Origin: Ylistrum balloti
Lineage: Eukaryota
Length of the DNA stretch: 64,000 nt
Assembly (NCBI RefSeq): GCF_031769215.1
Contig: NW_026782111.1
Location: 992,001 to 1,056,000 of the forward strand
Direction: 5' to 3'
A program made the translations under genes and the position numbers. Of this stretch, positions 13,571 to 26,642 are shown piece by piece. Numbering within the stretch: position 1 is the stretch's first letter; each line of letters starts with the position of its first letter. The notes beneath the pieces were generated by a model, which did no database searches, had not been told where the DNA came from, and saw only the letters and a list, made by a program, of their open reading frames with translations.

Positions 13571-15479
13571 GATGACCGCACTAGTCCTCTGAAAGGCCTT
13601 AAAACCCGTTAAATAAATAAATAAATTAGTAAATAGATAAACAAATTAATAAATGACCAACGGATGCCTTAGCGAAAAAGCGAAGAGTCGCACGGACACC
13701 ATAGATAAGAACGTGCTGCACCAGTATTGGAGTTTATGAGCGAATATTACGTCGGAGATATCCATCGACGATGACACTCTGATGCTTTAGTTATAAGCAG
13801 ATGATGTCGCTCGGATCCTGTTGTTAATACATATATACGATATCGTATGCATGAGCAACCGTGCCCCTTGTCTTCACCTCTAAATTGGTACAGACTTTGG
13901 TTACAAACATCGCAAATGTCACTGACCACCTTCCAGTGTAAAATCTGGACAGAGGATCACTCTCTAAGAACTCGAATCCCAAAGGCTTCAAGATTAGTCT
14001 CCGTGAAATTACATTACGTATTTAATTAAACGTATTGGCGATTTGCATATAAGATGGCTGCTTGCTTCTAAATTCATAAGAATGAGACTGACGGAGGCAT
14101 GGATGGGTAGCGGGGTCAACTGATGTATGGTAGTTCCGTTATAGGAATGGACAAGACAAGTGCCCCGGTAATATAGCGTGCCATTGTCCGCTGAAGCTTG
14201 TATAACTTTAACACATTCATAACCACAATTAGCGCGTACCGAAGCGGTTAACAAGCTAATTACGCGGTTTGGTTTACACGGCAGATGACCGATTTTAACG
14301 GTTTGTACACTCCAGATAACGATGGATATTGTTATTAATATAATAATGAAACCAGTGTCTTGGTGTCAGAAGTCTTTTTTTATCCTTTTATGGCAAGTCC
14401 TAGTCCATCTGTACAAAAAGGTTGAAATTTGACGTTTTTTTAACCTTTAACGTGTGACACGTATGATTAGATTTGTGAAGAGGTATATGCATATGATTTA
14501 GTTTAATTTAAACATATTTATTGCCAAAAGATAGACAAAGGATTAGACACAAGTTATTGCAACTTATCAACGCCTTCTACCAATATACATTTTAAATGAC
14601 GTTACAATCATAACAATACAAATATACAATTATTGTTACACATTGGCATCAAAATCTCTTGCTGGATTTAATATAGTTTTGCACAGATCTAAAAATGTTT
14701 GCATTAAGGTCCACGGAAAATTGAGAATTGCCAAACAAAAGAATTTCTATATCTAATGCAACGTTCTAATTATCTAAATTTTGAACTAAAATACGTCTTT
14801 CGTTCGAGAAACTTTGACATTCAATAAAATAGTGAGACATTCTCACAAGGATAAACACATTCACAATATGCATTCTCAAGGAGATTAACTCTAAAAAGGT
14901 CATAATTAAGATTATGATTCAGAGGTCCACAATATACATACAGATTCAGAAACCACTATGCTATGAATCATTACCCCGACTACATCAGAGAGAATTTGAA
15001 TGTTCACATCATGACAGCAATATTTGAAATAGAGAATAAATTTGTCAAACGCCGATAATTGAGACGTTGTTAGGCATGCTATCAAATAACATGCAAAATA
15101 ATTTATTTTCTCGCTTCAATTTGAATGAAAGCAAACCAACAACTATTAGTAAACAATTAGTGAGTGTACAAGCATACAATTAAGGATTTCTCGACTTTTT
15201 TTATTTCGTTATCCTAGACTAATATTTCATTGAATGATGTAAGTGCATGATCATCAATAGTTTAGTACATATTGGAAGGATGTGGTGACAAATTTATGAA
15301 AAACTAACCTCAGCAGATTGTTTCTATGAGTAAGACGCGCGTTTTCGATTAAGATATAAAACAGATATTTGGAGACAAAATATACTGTACAAGCATGTAA
15401 ACTGACCATATTCAATACGTGTTACCGTGGCACAGCAGTATAAACTTAATACCGTCATGCATTTACGATGAGATAATAG

Positions 15480-15610
15480 CGGCGACTGACAGGCGCGCGT
15501 CTGGCACGTCTATTTACCGCACAGGTCGGTATGGGGTAACCCATGACAACAGTCACTAGCACGCCCTCATTAGGCGAAGATGGCTCCTCTCACTTCCGGT
15601 TTGAAGACGT
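15480..15610 (+). promoter_or_regulatory. CpG-rich promoter-like island with an X-box-like site (15535-15550), a YY1-like AAGATGGC (15577-15584) and an ETS site ACTTCCGGT (15592-15600)
   Basis: Local GC/CpG enrichment plus motif cluster, with a GTAATT donor at 15609. Confidence 0.5.
15543..15608 (+). CDS. Candidate first coding exon (MTTVTSTPSLGEDGSSHFRFED) of an unrecognised + strand gene
   Basis: ATG to phase-0 donor GAC|GTAATT, in frame with the candidate exon at 15878. Confidence 0.3.
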
Positions 15611-15877
15611 AATTGTAGATGACGATGGCAAATCGTTACAGCCATGACATCGTGTTACAGTTCAGAAGAAATGTTGGTTACCAAACAAAATATGCAACAA
15701 TAAAATGTGCACGTGCAAAGCAGAAATACGCGTGCATGATTGGTATATTATCATTCTCTGGATATAAATGATTTTTGCTGATCCATAATCTGATTCTACC
15801 GGATATGTTCTCTGGTGACGCATTCAGATGAATTCTCATCAAAATGAGACTTTGCGAGACTTGTTTATTTTCTCCAG

Positions 15878-15910
15878 ATAAATCAAATGCACGATTTACT
15901 TGACAACAAG
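15878..15910 (+). CDS. Candidate 33-nt exon (INQMHDLLDNK)
   Basis: Acceptor TTGTTTATTTTCTCCAG, donor AAG|GTACAT, phase 0-0 and open. Confidence 0.35.
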
Positions 15911-16941
15911 GTACATGTACAACACTCCCTGTATAGCCGAACATGTATGTGCAGACGTCAAGTTTGATTTAATGTGTAGAGGCTGATTCAACTGATACTT
16001 GTAGACAAACAAACATACAATTAAATAAACTTGTATAAGACTTCATCAAGCTCCTTTGGTGCAAATTTCACTTGGAAGACATTTTCAATAAAATCGATCC
16101 GACGACAATTTGAAGAAAGTTACATAAGAAGTTTTGTGTGTGTGTAAATTTCCGTGAAATTTTTCGACGTAATGCATCTGACATTTGGGCGTTATGCAGG
16201 GAAATAACCATTGAAATCCGATACTTCGGTCGTGCTGTTAAAAAAAAGATTCAAAATTGTCTGTGAAGTCAGATTCAGAGAGCGGTAATGTACTTCACCA
16301 ACCAACGGTGATCACGTTTAAATTTAATAGTTGGTTCGATATTCTAGGCCTTGTCCCCAATATAGTGCATTCCATGGAATACTTTGACAGCTTACTAACA
16401 CAATATCAACACAGGGTTTGAAAGTTTAAATTGAAGAAGACGATAACAATGCATCCTCTTCCCCCATTGTCTTCCAAGGATCCCAATATTGAAAAAGATT
16501 CTTTTTTTTCTTATGGAGTAAAATGAGTTCGGTGTTCTTTAGTGTGTCTTGTGCTTTCGTCTTATTTCATTGTTCTCACTTGAGAACGTGACATTTCTTA
16601 CTTGGATTAAACAACAAGCGTATATGCTTATCCTTCAGGAGCACATAGCCTCCTCAATATCTATACACACTTATCTTTTGTCCGTATTTAGTAATGCGTT
16701 TCCTTCCTCTGATTCAAGTATTATACAAAGCACGATATTGTGAGCTTGCAGTGTCTTAGCTGTTTACCAATACCCATCATTAATAAAACATAAAACTAAG
16801 TATCAATATTAACAATATTTCTTCTGAAAACGCTAACACCAATATTTTTTTGTCTTTTCGTTTCATTATTATACTTTCATACATGATATCTGCAGTTGTT
16901 CATGGTTGATCGGTTTTCATGGTTTACTGTTGCAACCATTA

Positions 16942-17129
16942 TGACGTCATCGGTTGTTTCGTCTATCGTTTCATGATATGGGACATGACGTCATTTTTTA
17001 CTTATTCTGTTGGTCAATACATGTAATATGACGTCATTTCTTGTTTCATGGTTTATTAATTTTTATGGTTTAGTGATTTTCATGGTATATTTATTTCTAT
17101 GGTCTATTGATACAGCCATTATGACGTCA
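16942..17129. promoter_or_regulatory. Cluster of four ATGACGTCAT (CRE) palindromes in a degenerate repeat
   Basis: TGACGTCA at 16942, 16986, 17029 and 17122. Confidence 0.55.
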
Positions 17130-18619
17130 TGTATTGTTTACCACTTTACCAATACAGGCACTATAATGCGAAATCGGCTATTGATTCAAACACTTTGAAA
17201 AGCAATAACCATTTGGGCTCTCCAGTGTAATTATACCCGTTAGTTCGGATTCACTAACTTCCTCAAAGTCACAATTAATGTCCATTAATCCAACACCCAT
17301 TTGATCGACGTCCTTTCAGTTCGACAGCCGGTTATTTGATAGTGTATTGACGAACGGCTTTGTTATTGACTTAGGCGCGTTCGATTCTAATCATCTTTAG
17401 TGTGTGGCTTCTGGGATGGAGTAAACTTGAAACTAAATGCTTTTTAATACTAAAAATTGCATCAAAAGCTTTCTTGTGCAGATACCGTCCCTCACAAGGG
17501 TAGAGCAAAGTGGTGCTTCCATTAAACTTCATTAGCGTATACTACATTTTATTTCACCCAAAACTACAATGTGAAACTTCATTGCCAAAAACACTTTTAA
17601 GGAGACTCGCAAACATACTTATCTAAACACGAGTGGTGTAAAATAACGGGTAATAAGACAAGGCGCGTTCGTACTGATACCCGAGAATTCAGAAAGTCTG
17701 TGGATAACTCAGAGTTTTGTAACGTCGCTGTGTTTGTGTCACGGTATAAAAGAAAACATGATTAATGTGTAAAATGTGGATTTGTTTATGATATCGTGAC
17801 TCGACTCAAGGGAGACAATAAATAAATTATATTTTTTTTCTAAATTATTGGCGGAAGTGAAGTATCGCGAGATTTCAGGAATAATAATTATTAGAAATAT
17901 TGAAATAGACAAATAATTCAGCATTACTTCCCAATTAACTTGAATACGTCAATGATAAGCGAATTTCTTTTCTAGAAGGGTAGATAGTCAAGGTTACAAA
18001 ATGCTACAGACAGCTTTATCAGTCACAAGAAGACGTATTTATATTTTTGGACGGAAAACTTAAGAGGTAGCTACACGTATAGCAAGATATGAAATTTTAT
18101 ATAACCTTTCACTATACAAGCCAGATTTTGCACTCACGACGGCAAATAACTCCAGACAAGTGCAGTTGTAATTAAATGTTGTATAGAACTTAAAACATAC
18201 CCAAATTGTGATTGTGACATGGACAGTACTATTAAAGATAAATACCTCCGAAACATGTGGTTAAAACTTCAGACCAAAATGCCTATGATTAAACCTTTGA
18301 ATTCATGTGAAACTTTTTACTTGTCCCAGACAGATAAAAACACCTCTGTCATTGCAACATGTCGTCTAGTTCTTGACAATGGTATTATTACTATCAAGGA
18401 CTTTTTGCTCCACAAGTTGACAAGTCGGTTATTTTGTGCATATTTTGGCCGATTGAAGGGCATTTTTTATATCATGTCTCAAGGACCAAAGTCCAAATCA
18501 TTGGTGGACTTATAATCAGCACAGGAGTGTCAAACGTGACTGAAACAAAGCCTGCTAGACATTACATTTTCATAAAAGCAATTGCTTATGTACATAGCCC
18601 TGGTAACAACTGTCCGAAA

Positions 18620-18800
18620 TATACCGCACGGCAAAGTGAGGAGATGGACTAATTACCCAAACGTTCAGGGTTCGAATCCTAGCGGAAGCATTGAATAAAA
18701 AAATGACCACTGTTAAATGGGCGCCTACGTAACATAGGTTATATATATGTTATTCAAATGCCGCCGCTAGGATTCGAACCCTGGTCCTCTGGCTTATAAA
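18620..18800. mobile_element. Two truncated tRNA-Thr-derived repeat copies in inverted orientation
   Basis: 18666-18698 (CAGGGTTCGAATCCTAGCGGAAGCATTGAATAA) is nearly the reverse complement of 18750-18783. Both carry a B box. Confidence 0.75.
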
Positions 18801-19414
18801 TCTATCTTCTAATCCTAAATTTGTATTGAAAGATGTTATCCATGTTTGTGTCTCTTGTACCACGTCAGTGAAGTATCACAAGAGATTAATTTTGAAGGTG
18901 TATTGCCGCAATGACGATTTGTCATATATCACCATAAGTAATGTATTGTTAACTGTAACTTAATCTGACACAAAACTCCGACAGAACAGCAAAGCTTTGC
19001 GGGCTTGATGCACACAACGTTGTAACGAAAAAGCTTTATGGAATGAGATAGTTCAATATATACATACTATTGGTGTCTTGGGAAGTCACTAGTAGATAAA
19101 CCTGGCCAATCATGTTTCAGTTTTAGAAGAAAATGCCAATTTTACTGCACGATTATAAGGAGAAAGACATACAGATATTTACCGCACCTAAGAAAATTGT
19201 AAAGGTGTTTTCTTCGATGTTGAAAATTTTTGCGATTTTTGCATAAAGCGAAAATAATTTTGTTTTTGACGAAAAAGATGATAGGGATATTATTTTTTGT
19301 TTTGAATTCATTGTATCCATTTCTTGTAGTTTTTTCTCTATTTCTTCCGTTTTATTTTCATCCTCGAAAAAAACAACCCTTCACGAAATAACATTAAGAT
19401 TTTCTCATCATTAG

Positions 19415-19687
19415 AATTGCTCCGATCTCGCCGACCATTTGAGCTGTTCTGTGCGTGCTTTGATATTTGCTTTCGACCGTTTCACTCTAGCAGAGCAATC
19501 AGTACGTCCTCGGGAAGTAATGTCATGTATCACCCAGGCCTGGTTTGCGGGACTGCAAAATATGCTGACAGGGGCTGTAACACATCGCTACCAACGAAGT
19601 GACAAATTACTCATTCCATCAGCTCGAGCGGAAAACGTCCTTTCCTTTTCCGATCTGAAGTTACTTATAGCTGCCAACAATTGTGCA
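19415..19687 (+). CDS. Internal coding exon (91 codons, NCSDLADHLSCSVRAL...LLIAANNCA) of an unrecognised protein
   Basis: Acceptor TTTCTCATCATTAG, donor GCA|GTAAGT, phase 0-0, GC-rich and open. Overlaps ORF 19439..19771. Confidence 0.7.
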
Positions 19688-19744
19688 GTAAGTTTTCCGT
19701 CCTTGAGGGATGCCATACAAAGCTATCCTGATATTTTTATCTCA

Positions 19745-19925
19745 CGGTATGATATATTTTCGTGGGGCTAAATTTTCGTGGTCCTTGAACAATCACTATT
19801 TCGTGGTCCTTGTGATTTCATGGACAAATACAGCTCTGAAAATGTACATATACTAAGTATGACAGTTCGTGGACATATGGATTAACGAAAATAAAACCCC
19901 CGCGAAAATTAATTATTTTACATTA
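19745..19925. mobile_element. Degenerate MITE (TTTTCGTGG...CCCGCGAAAATT family)
   Basis: Shares motifs with the TIR element at 62224-62388. Confidence 0.5.
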
Positions 19926-20175
19926 TATGAACAGGTTTATATCGTTTTATTACTGGTGATGATACATCATCTGGTTGATTTATATAAATGTTAAGTTGAA
20001 GGACTTGGCCAGGGTTGTAATACCGATCCTTATGAGGTCTACGGATAATTTAGTCTAGTACGAAAAAACTACAGAGGGGAACTGTTTGTTCTTATGTACA
20101 AGTCAATAGTACAGATAGTCACGCCACCGAACTCAACACTGTTATTCTTAACCCGCTTTGCTATATCATCTGCAG

Positions 20176-20270
20176 CAAAGCGCACGTTGTTCTTTTAACA
20201 ACGATATTGAGCAATGTTTTGACCTTGCAATCAAGAGACAAAGAGCGGTGTTTTGTTTTCATTTTGGACA
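20176..20270 (+). CDS. Next coding exon (QSARCSFNNDIEQCFDLAIKRQRAVFCFHFG)
   Basis: Acceptor ATCATCTGCAG and donor CA|GTAAGC. Open in the phase set by the 19415 exon. A possible terminal exon starts at 20420 (stop 20430-20432; AATAAA at 20549). Confidence 0.65.
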
Positions 20271-22392
20271 GTAAGCTTCTATAGTTTCATGATTTATGCC
20301 GTCCACATTTGGCATTGAGGATAAATCCAATTCAGCATGGTAGCGTTATGGCTCTGTATCCAATATTTAATTCCAATTGAAATCCAACACTATATTGAAG
20401 TTTCTTTTTCATTCACTAGCGACTGGCAATAGTGCAATAGTGGAAAATGCATTTTTGTAGCGTGTTATTATAAGTACTTTACAGCTTGTCAGTAACTGTA
20501 CACGGATAATAGTTGCGATGAGATGAAAACACAAAATCTTGGTTAAAGAATAAATATGTAGGTTGTTATTTTTTATGTGTTCGATCTACCGTTACTTCCG
20601 TGAATAGAGTAACGTCACTAAAGATTCATTCCACATAAAGATATCGATAGTCTGCTACAGGTCCTCCGTGAAAAGGTCCTTCTTTTTTGCTTAAAGATTT
20701 AAGAGAATTTGAACCACCAACAAAACTCTAAACAAGAAAACAAAAAACAGAAAACAAAATAAACCTTTCAGCGTTTCAGCTGTTGTATGTCTACTTGCTT
20801 TAATATTTTTGCAGCTTGGGAAGACTGTTTGAGAACAAATAAACAAATAAATTAAAAAAAAAATGGGATCGTTTGACATCCTAATCACGATGTTGTTCTA
20901 ATCGTCGACAGATCCTGGTGACGTATGTTACTTACGTTGTTGTCACGTGTCACGTGAGCACATTCTATATAAAATATCGATTAATCTATGTGCCTATCTG
21001 TACTGACCGACTTTATGCACAGAGCTCGTGTATAATTATCGATATTGATAAGGATTGAAGAACATAAGTGATTACACATTTCAATTAAAATGTAGAATCC
21101 GATATAGCGTGGCCAAACTTTGACTGTACGACTGATTTGTCAGTGATCCTAGGAACCCCAAATGTTAGACGGCGATCGATAAAAATCAAATTGGCCGAAA
21201 TCATTGTCAGCATATTGATTTGTACGTAACGGAAATGTGTACATATACCGTTTCTTGAGAATGATTACATATACAGTTTCAAATTGCGTGCAAATTTGAT
21301 TATACTTTACTAATAAATATTAAGTATTGTCAGTGCCAGAGTCATAGACTGAATTTCCTTTAGGAAGTGAAAAAAACAACAGCAACATGGTATTTGTTTA
21401 GAAAACAAATACAAAGAAAAAAGACCCATTACATAAATACCTAATTATTAACAAATGTTATTTTAAGATAAATCAAATTTTCAATAATCAGTGAAAACGT
21501 CATTTCAGTGTAATAAACCTAACAAGCTTTATTATCCTTCCAGTACATGAAGGTAAACATCGGAGAATTCAACGTCCTCTCATATGTTGCTCATCCATTG
21601 TAAATAGTATTTAATTGATTTACACATAACTAAATAATATAAACGTCAGTAGAATATAATAAACTCGAAATTATATGATTTTCTGAATTATTTACTTATT
21701 GGAGAGAAATATGGAGATTTTGAGCTTTCAACAGCGGTATACAGCCAATGTGGTAGACAATTTGGAAGGCTATTGTTTAAAATATGTATATAGGAATTAT
21801 CATTAAGGCTGAAAGAGGCTGTCAGGTTATGTTTTTATACTTTTATACCTCGGCTTAGAAGGATATTGTCCTAAAACACTGGGCTTGAGAAGATTAAATA
21901 CAATATATCTTTCTTTATTCTGAGTTTTTTCGTTGGATTTAAAAAAAAAACAAAATATTTAGCTGATGGGCTGTACCTGACTCTCAAGTGAATATAATCT
22001 TTTAATGCAAATTAATTACGTAAAATGAAAAAAACAGCAATCCAAATAATGAATTCAATTGCATCATACTTTTTATTTTTTCATTCCTACTAGACTCGTA
22101 AGTGATGCTATTTTGGCCGTGGGAAGGTATGATATAATTAGAAAAGGAAAAAAAGACTGCATGTTTATATTTCCTTGACAGTTAAACGGAACTTAAAATT
22201 GATGTTCCGCGTGACATTGTCGTCCCCTTATTATAAGTATTCATGTGTTTATTGTTAAAGAAACTGAGCTTGTTCACGTCGACACAGATGTTAGCTACGA
22301 ATTCTGTAGATCTATATTACACTTTTTATGAGAAGAAAATGTAGAGTAAGACTAGGCTAAGACAGTCCTCTTGTAAGTCTGAAAAGATGTGT

Positions 22393-22732
22393 TTGTGCTA
22401 TGTTGTTCCAGTTTCTTGTAAGTCTGTGCTATGTTGTTCCCGTCTCTTGTAAGTCTGTGCTATGTTGTTCCCGTCTCTTGTAAGTCTGTGCTATGTTGTT
22501 CCAGTCTCTTGTAAGTCTGTGCTATGTTGTTCCAGTCTCTTTTAAGTCTGTGCTATGTTGTTCCAGTCTCTTGTAAGTCTGTGCTATGTTGTTCCCGTCT
22601 CTTTTAAGTCTGTGCTATGTTGTTCCAGTGTCTCTTGTAAGTCTGTGCTATGTTGTTCCCGTTTCTTGTAAATCTGTGATATGTTGTTCCCGTCTCTTGT
22701 AAGTCTGTGCTATGTTGTTCCAGTCTCTTGTA
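22393..22732. repeat. 31-bp minisatellite (GTCTCTTGTAAGTCTGTGCTATGTTGTTCC[C/A]), about 11 units
   Basis: Period 31 (e.g. 22441 and 22472). Confidence 0.95.
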
Positions 22733-25112
22733 TGTTTGAATAGATTTGTTTGTGCTGTATTTTAAAAGATTGTTTAATGTTTGCACTTGGGCAATACAGT
22801 CGTTAACAGAAATGATCATGTTTTGTCTCAGTTTATTTAAAGAGCCCTGAGAGATTTCCATGTCTTTTAATTGTGATTACATGTGTTATATTCTAACAAA
22901 GGACTGCCTAATACGGGGTTTAGTGTTTCGACTAATTAACTGCTAAAAGAAGTCATCTGTGCGTCGTATTTGCACGACACTTACCCATACTAATGAAACT
23001 TCTCACAGATCTTCATTTTCCTAAATTAGTAAAGAAATTGGCATATATAGAACAAATCTGGCAAAAGTAATTTATTTTATCTCGTTCCACGTGGTGCATT
23101 TCGTATCGCTTAAATATCACATTCATTGCCTTAAAAATATACACTGTAGATGCCAAGCCTGTTTGTCTGTAGTCCTCTTCAACATCAAAAGGATGGATAG
23201 ACATGTTTTCCGTCCTGCAGTGTTCGTAATTTTCCTGTTTTTGTTCAAACTTAATAAATTTTCTTATTTCCTAGTATTTTTACCTTATAGTTTGATGACC
23301 CCAAGAAATATTTTTCTCGAGCGTGTTTTTCAACAATCAATCTTTGGCGTACATTATCATCGATTGCGTATTCTAACTTTCTGGTGTAACCACTTCGCTG
23401 TGTTCCCAGAGGGACGTGCTTTTTAATTTCCCCTATCTTTTTATATAACGTGTCAAACTTGAGCTTCTAGCAGTAGACATGCTGTTAAAGAATCTGACCA
23501 GTTTATGCTTCCAATTCCTTTGTTTATTGCTGATAAGTCAGGCTGGTCGAACTAAGGTCTTGAGAATCTTCTTAACAAGGGGATAAAATTGATAGTTAAA
23601 AGTCAAAAACTATAAAACCAATCTGTCCACGCGGCTTTAATGCCCTGTGTTAGCTATAATATTCTTATCTTTCGGAAAAGAATTCTAACAATTTTTATAA
23701 GTGTATTATTTTAATACCAAGTCGTTATGTTGTTTTCATTTTGTCATTGTACAGAGAAAATTCTTTTTCCAAAGTTTGCAGGTTAATTGCTCCATAGCGA
23801 ATTGCATGTCTTACATTGGTATAAACTTGTAATGGGGAAGTATTCCTGACGATGCCCGTAGTGAAGAGATATTCTCAAGACGGTATTGGATTGGAATGTG
23901 TTTTTAGAAACATCAGTTAATGTCTGGAGGACGTCCCCAGTTCAAGTGTTAAATTTCTCCCTGTGAAAAGCATTAGAGATATAACTGTGTTTCTCCATGA
24001 CGTTCTTTCCTTCAGCAAAAAATTATAACGACTTGGTTTAAAATTCAAAACGAAAAAAGAAATTGTTTAAAAATGGCAGGTACTACTTGTGTTTCCAATT
24101 CTTAAATTACACAAGACACATACACACGAACACAATTGATTTTGTGAATATGATAAATGCAAGGACATAATGTTTTGAATATTTTTTCGTAGAATAGAAA
24201 TAAATAAGAGTAAAAAAGAGGAAGTGTATGGTATAATATTTTAAAAAAGCCATTAGAAGTCAGAACTGTTGCCAAGAGAGATATATGATGACGTCAGTCA
24301 GGCAGATGGTCCAGTTTGCCGGACAACTTGTGTCTACCATATGTTCCTGTTGATCTAACGCATACTTATATTTTACTACTAAAAACGCCAGTTATAAATC
24401 ACTCTCGTCTTCCTAATATTCAATAATCCTTAAAACGGAACAATCTCTTGAGGACCACCAATATATTACCATCGTTAAAAAATAACTTATTTTATTTACA
24501 ATATTTGGATCTTAATACAAACATTTCCTGCCCGTAATTGCGAGTGATATTTTAAAATATTGTAATTGTTCTGCATAGCGTTCTCTACGGCAATAAAACG
24601 TCTTAATAGCTTGTGCTTGCTGCTGGAAACCGCATTGTCAGCCATGGCATAGCTGTAAAGATAAACACGAGCGATCATAAAACAATAAGTTATGTTATAA
24701 TCATGTTTGAGTCGATACCTTTGTGTTTGGTACTGGGTTCTCTGTGGGAGCCTTAAGTACCATTACCGCCGGGTCTGTACGGCACTGAAGTATATAACCC
24801 GTTGTCGAGACATAATAAAATAGCGGGAAACATGTGTAATACAATTTATGGTGAAATGTTTGATAAACACGACCGTCACACGGAATAAAGCAAGATCTGT
24901 TGCGATCTTGATGAGCTTGTTAATAGTATGTATCAGAGTTTAATGAAACGAATAGAAAATCTCTTCATTTGTGTCGTTCATCCAAGTAGCTTTTCGACGA
25001 TTTGGTAGTTAGCATTGCTGTTGTTCTCCAGTCACAGGAATAAATACCCTGTATTAATAAAGCCTTTCTCTAAAACAAGTGGATCACATTCGAATAGTGG
25101 CGCGTTTAGAAT

Positions 25113-25322
25113 AATTCAAAGTGGTCGAAAGGAGTGTCAAAATCTGGGAGGTGCTTTATATCCACATGTACTCGACATTCTTCGATGACCAGATACAAGA
25201 AAAGTATGATTTTTATCGAATAAGCACGAAAGCACCTCCCCATCTAGATTTTGACATTCCTATCGACCACTTTGGATTTTCCTCAGTCACTTCCTAGGTA
25301 TAAATGTAGGCCCTTAGCATCA
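25113..25322 (+). mobile_element. Truncated copy of the hammerhead-bearing repeat family with an inverted partial duplicate
   Basis: 25160-25322 matches the flank upstream of the HHRs at 44.87 and 56.94 kb and stops at GCATCA. 25113-25157 is the reverse complement of 25229-25278. Confidence 0.75.
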
Positions 25323-26523
25323 CAAGGAACTCACAAGCCATATATGAAAGCCTTACCCCTTACGTGCGATAATTATGGACAAGGTTAAAGTTGATAACAG
25401 ATAAACAGCTGAGACAAACAAACAAAAAAAAAAAAAAAAAAAAAAACGATCAGGGGGCATAAAAATAAGATTGAACGTTTTTTTTACAATACCCTTTTTT
25501 ATTTGAAAGATCTTACATAAAGCCTTACAGGTGAATTTTGCAGTAAAATAAATTTGTTGATCTCAGCCATATTTGTAGATTTGACGCTTGGGAAAACATA
25601 TCACCTCGCCCTGCCTTTTAAACGAAAAGAAAATAAACCACTGGAAACGGTAGCGTTTAAACACAGTGCGTCACAAGTAAACTTACTGATGCAAAAAACA
25701 TCATAGTGGAATTGAGGGAGATCGTGATAGGATAGCGGAATTCGCTTAAACACATTTATCCTGAACAATTTTCAGGTCAACCCCTCCGAATAAACTGTAC
25801 AAGATATGATCAAGTGTTATTTTGAGACGGATTCCGATTGCTTTGATTTATTGCTTAACTCAAAATTACCCAACACCAGGATTTCCAAGTTTTGTGTAGG
25901 ATTCAATTTTCATTTTCAACAATTGCATTTATTTTTAAAGTCTTTTATGTCTGAGGACTGCACATTCGAACTGTCTGACAAACGACCTCGCAAGAAACTG
26001 GATCTGATCCGACTTTCATTTATCATCACGAGAAATGTGGCATTTACGTGTTGAAGATATATTGCACGAATTGCGAAACACCAGTCTTAACAAGGACTTT
26101 GTTAATCCTTCACACACTGTGCACAGAAAACAACATCGATCATTTAATTCTCATCTTTTACACAAGGTTTGACATGTGAAGTGACGTTTAACATAACTAA
26201 ATAATCAAACGGAACACTATCGTTATAAGGTCACAAAGTACAAGCAATGCCAACAGCAAAATTCAAAGTTTAAATTTGAAATTGTGTTACATTTTGATTC
26301 GGAAAGTAACAAGATTCGTTCTAGATTGTGTAGCAAAAGGAAAAATTTGTAACAATTCAATTTTCCTTTGAAGTGGCAAAATAACCTTCTACACTTAATG
26401 ACAAATTTCCGCAGAAAAGTCGATTGGTAACATTTAAATGATACTTTTTGAGACATTTTTTACCGAAACAAAGCAAGTTTTTATTTACTTTTGTCCTTCA
26501 TTACGTAACCTTGGTTCAATACA

Positions 26524-26642
26524 CTGCTCGGTTGGAGAGAAATTCTCATTAGCTTGATCAGTGGAGCGTCAAACTAGTAAGCCGGGGTCCTGGGTTCGAA
26601 TCCTTGTGGCGGCATTCAAATAAATAATGACCTCTGTTACAA
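26524..26642 (+). mobile_element. tRNA-Thr(AGT)-derived SINE-like repeat
   Basis: GAGCGTCAAACTAGTAAGCCGGGGTCCTGGGTTCGAATCC resembles the tRNA-Thr(AGT) anticodon and T arms. B box at 26593-26603; no acceptor stem. Homologous to 44222-44343 (-). Confidence 0.75.

Noticed and set aside
13747-14254. GC-richer region with short ORFs, including a DHLPV motif reminiscent of LINE endonucleases
   Set aside because: Frames are broken and no other endonuclease or RT motifs are present.
23013-23500. Coding-like minus-strand segments (e.g. VPLGTQRSGYTRKLEYAIDDNVRQRLIVEKHAREKYFLGSSNYK)
   Set aside because: Interrupted by stops, with weak acceptors and no recognisable domain. May be a decayed transposon; needs a BLASTX.
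26524-26642. A functional tRNA-Thr gene (also 44.2 and 18.7 kb)
   Set aside because: No acceptor-stem pairing, a damaged D arm, and shared non-tRNA flanks indicate a derived repeat.
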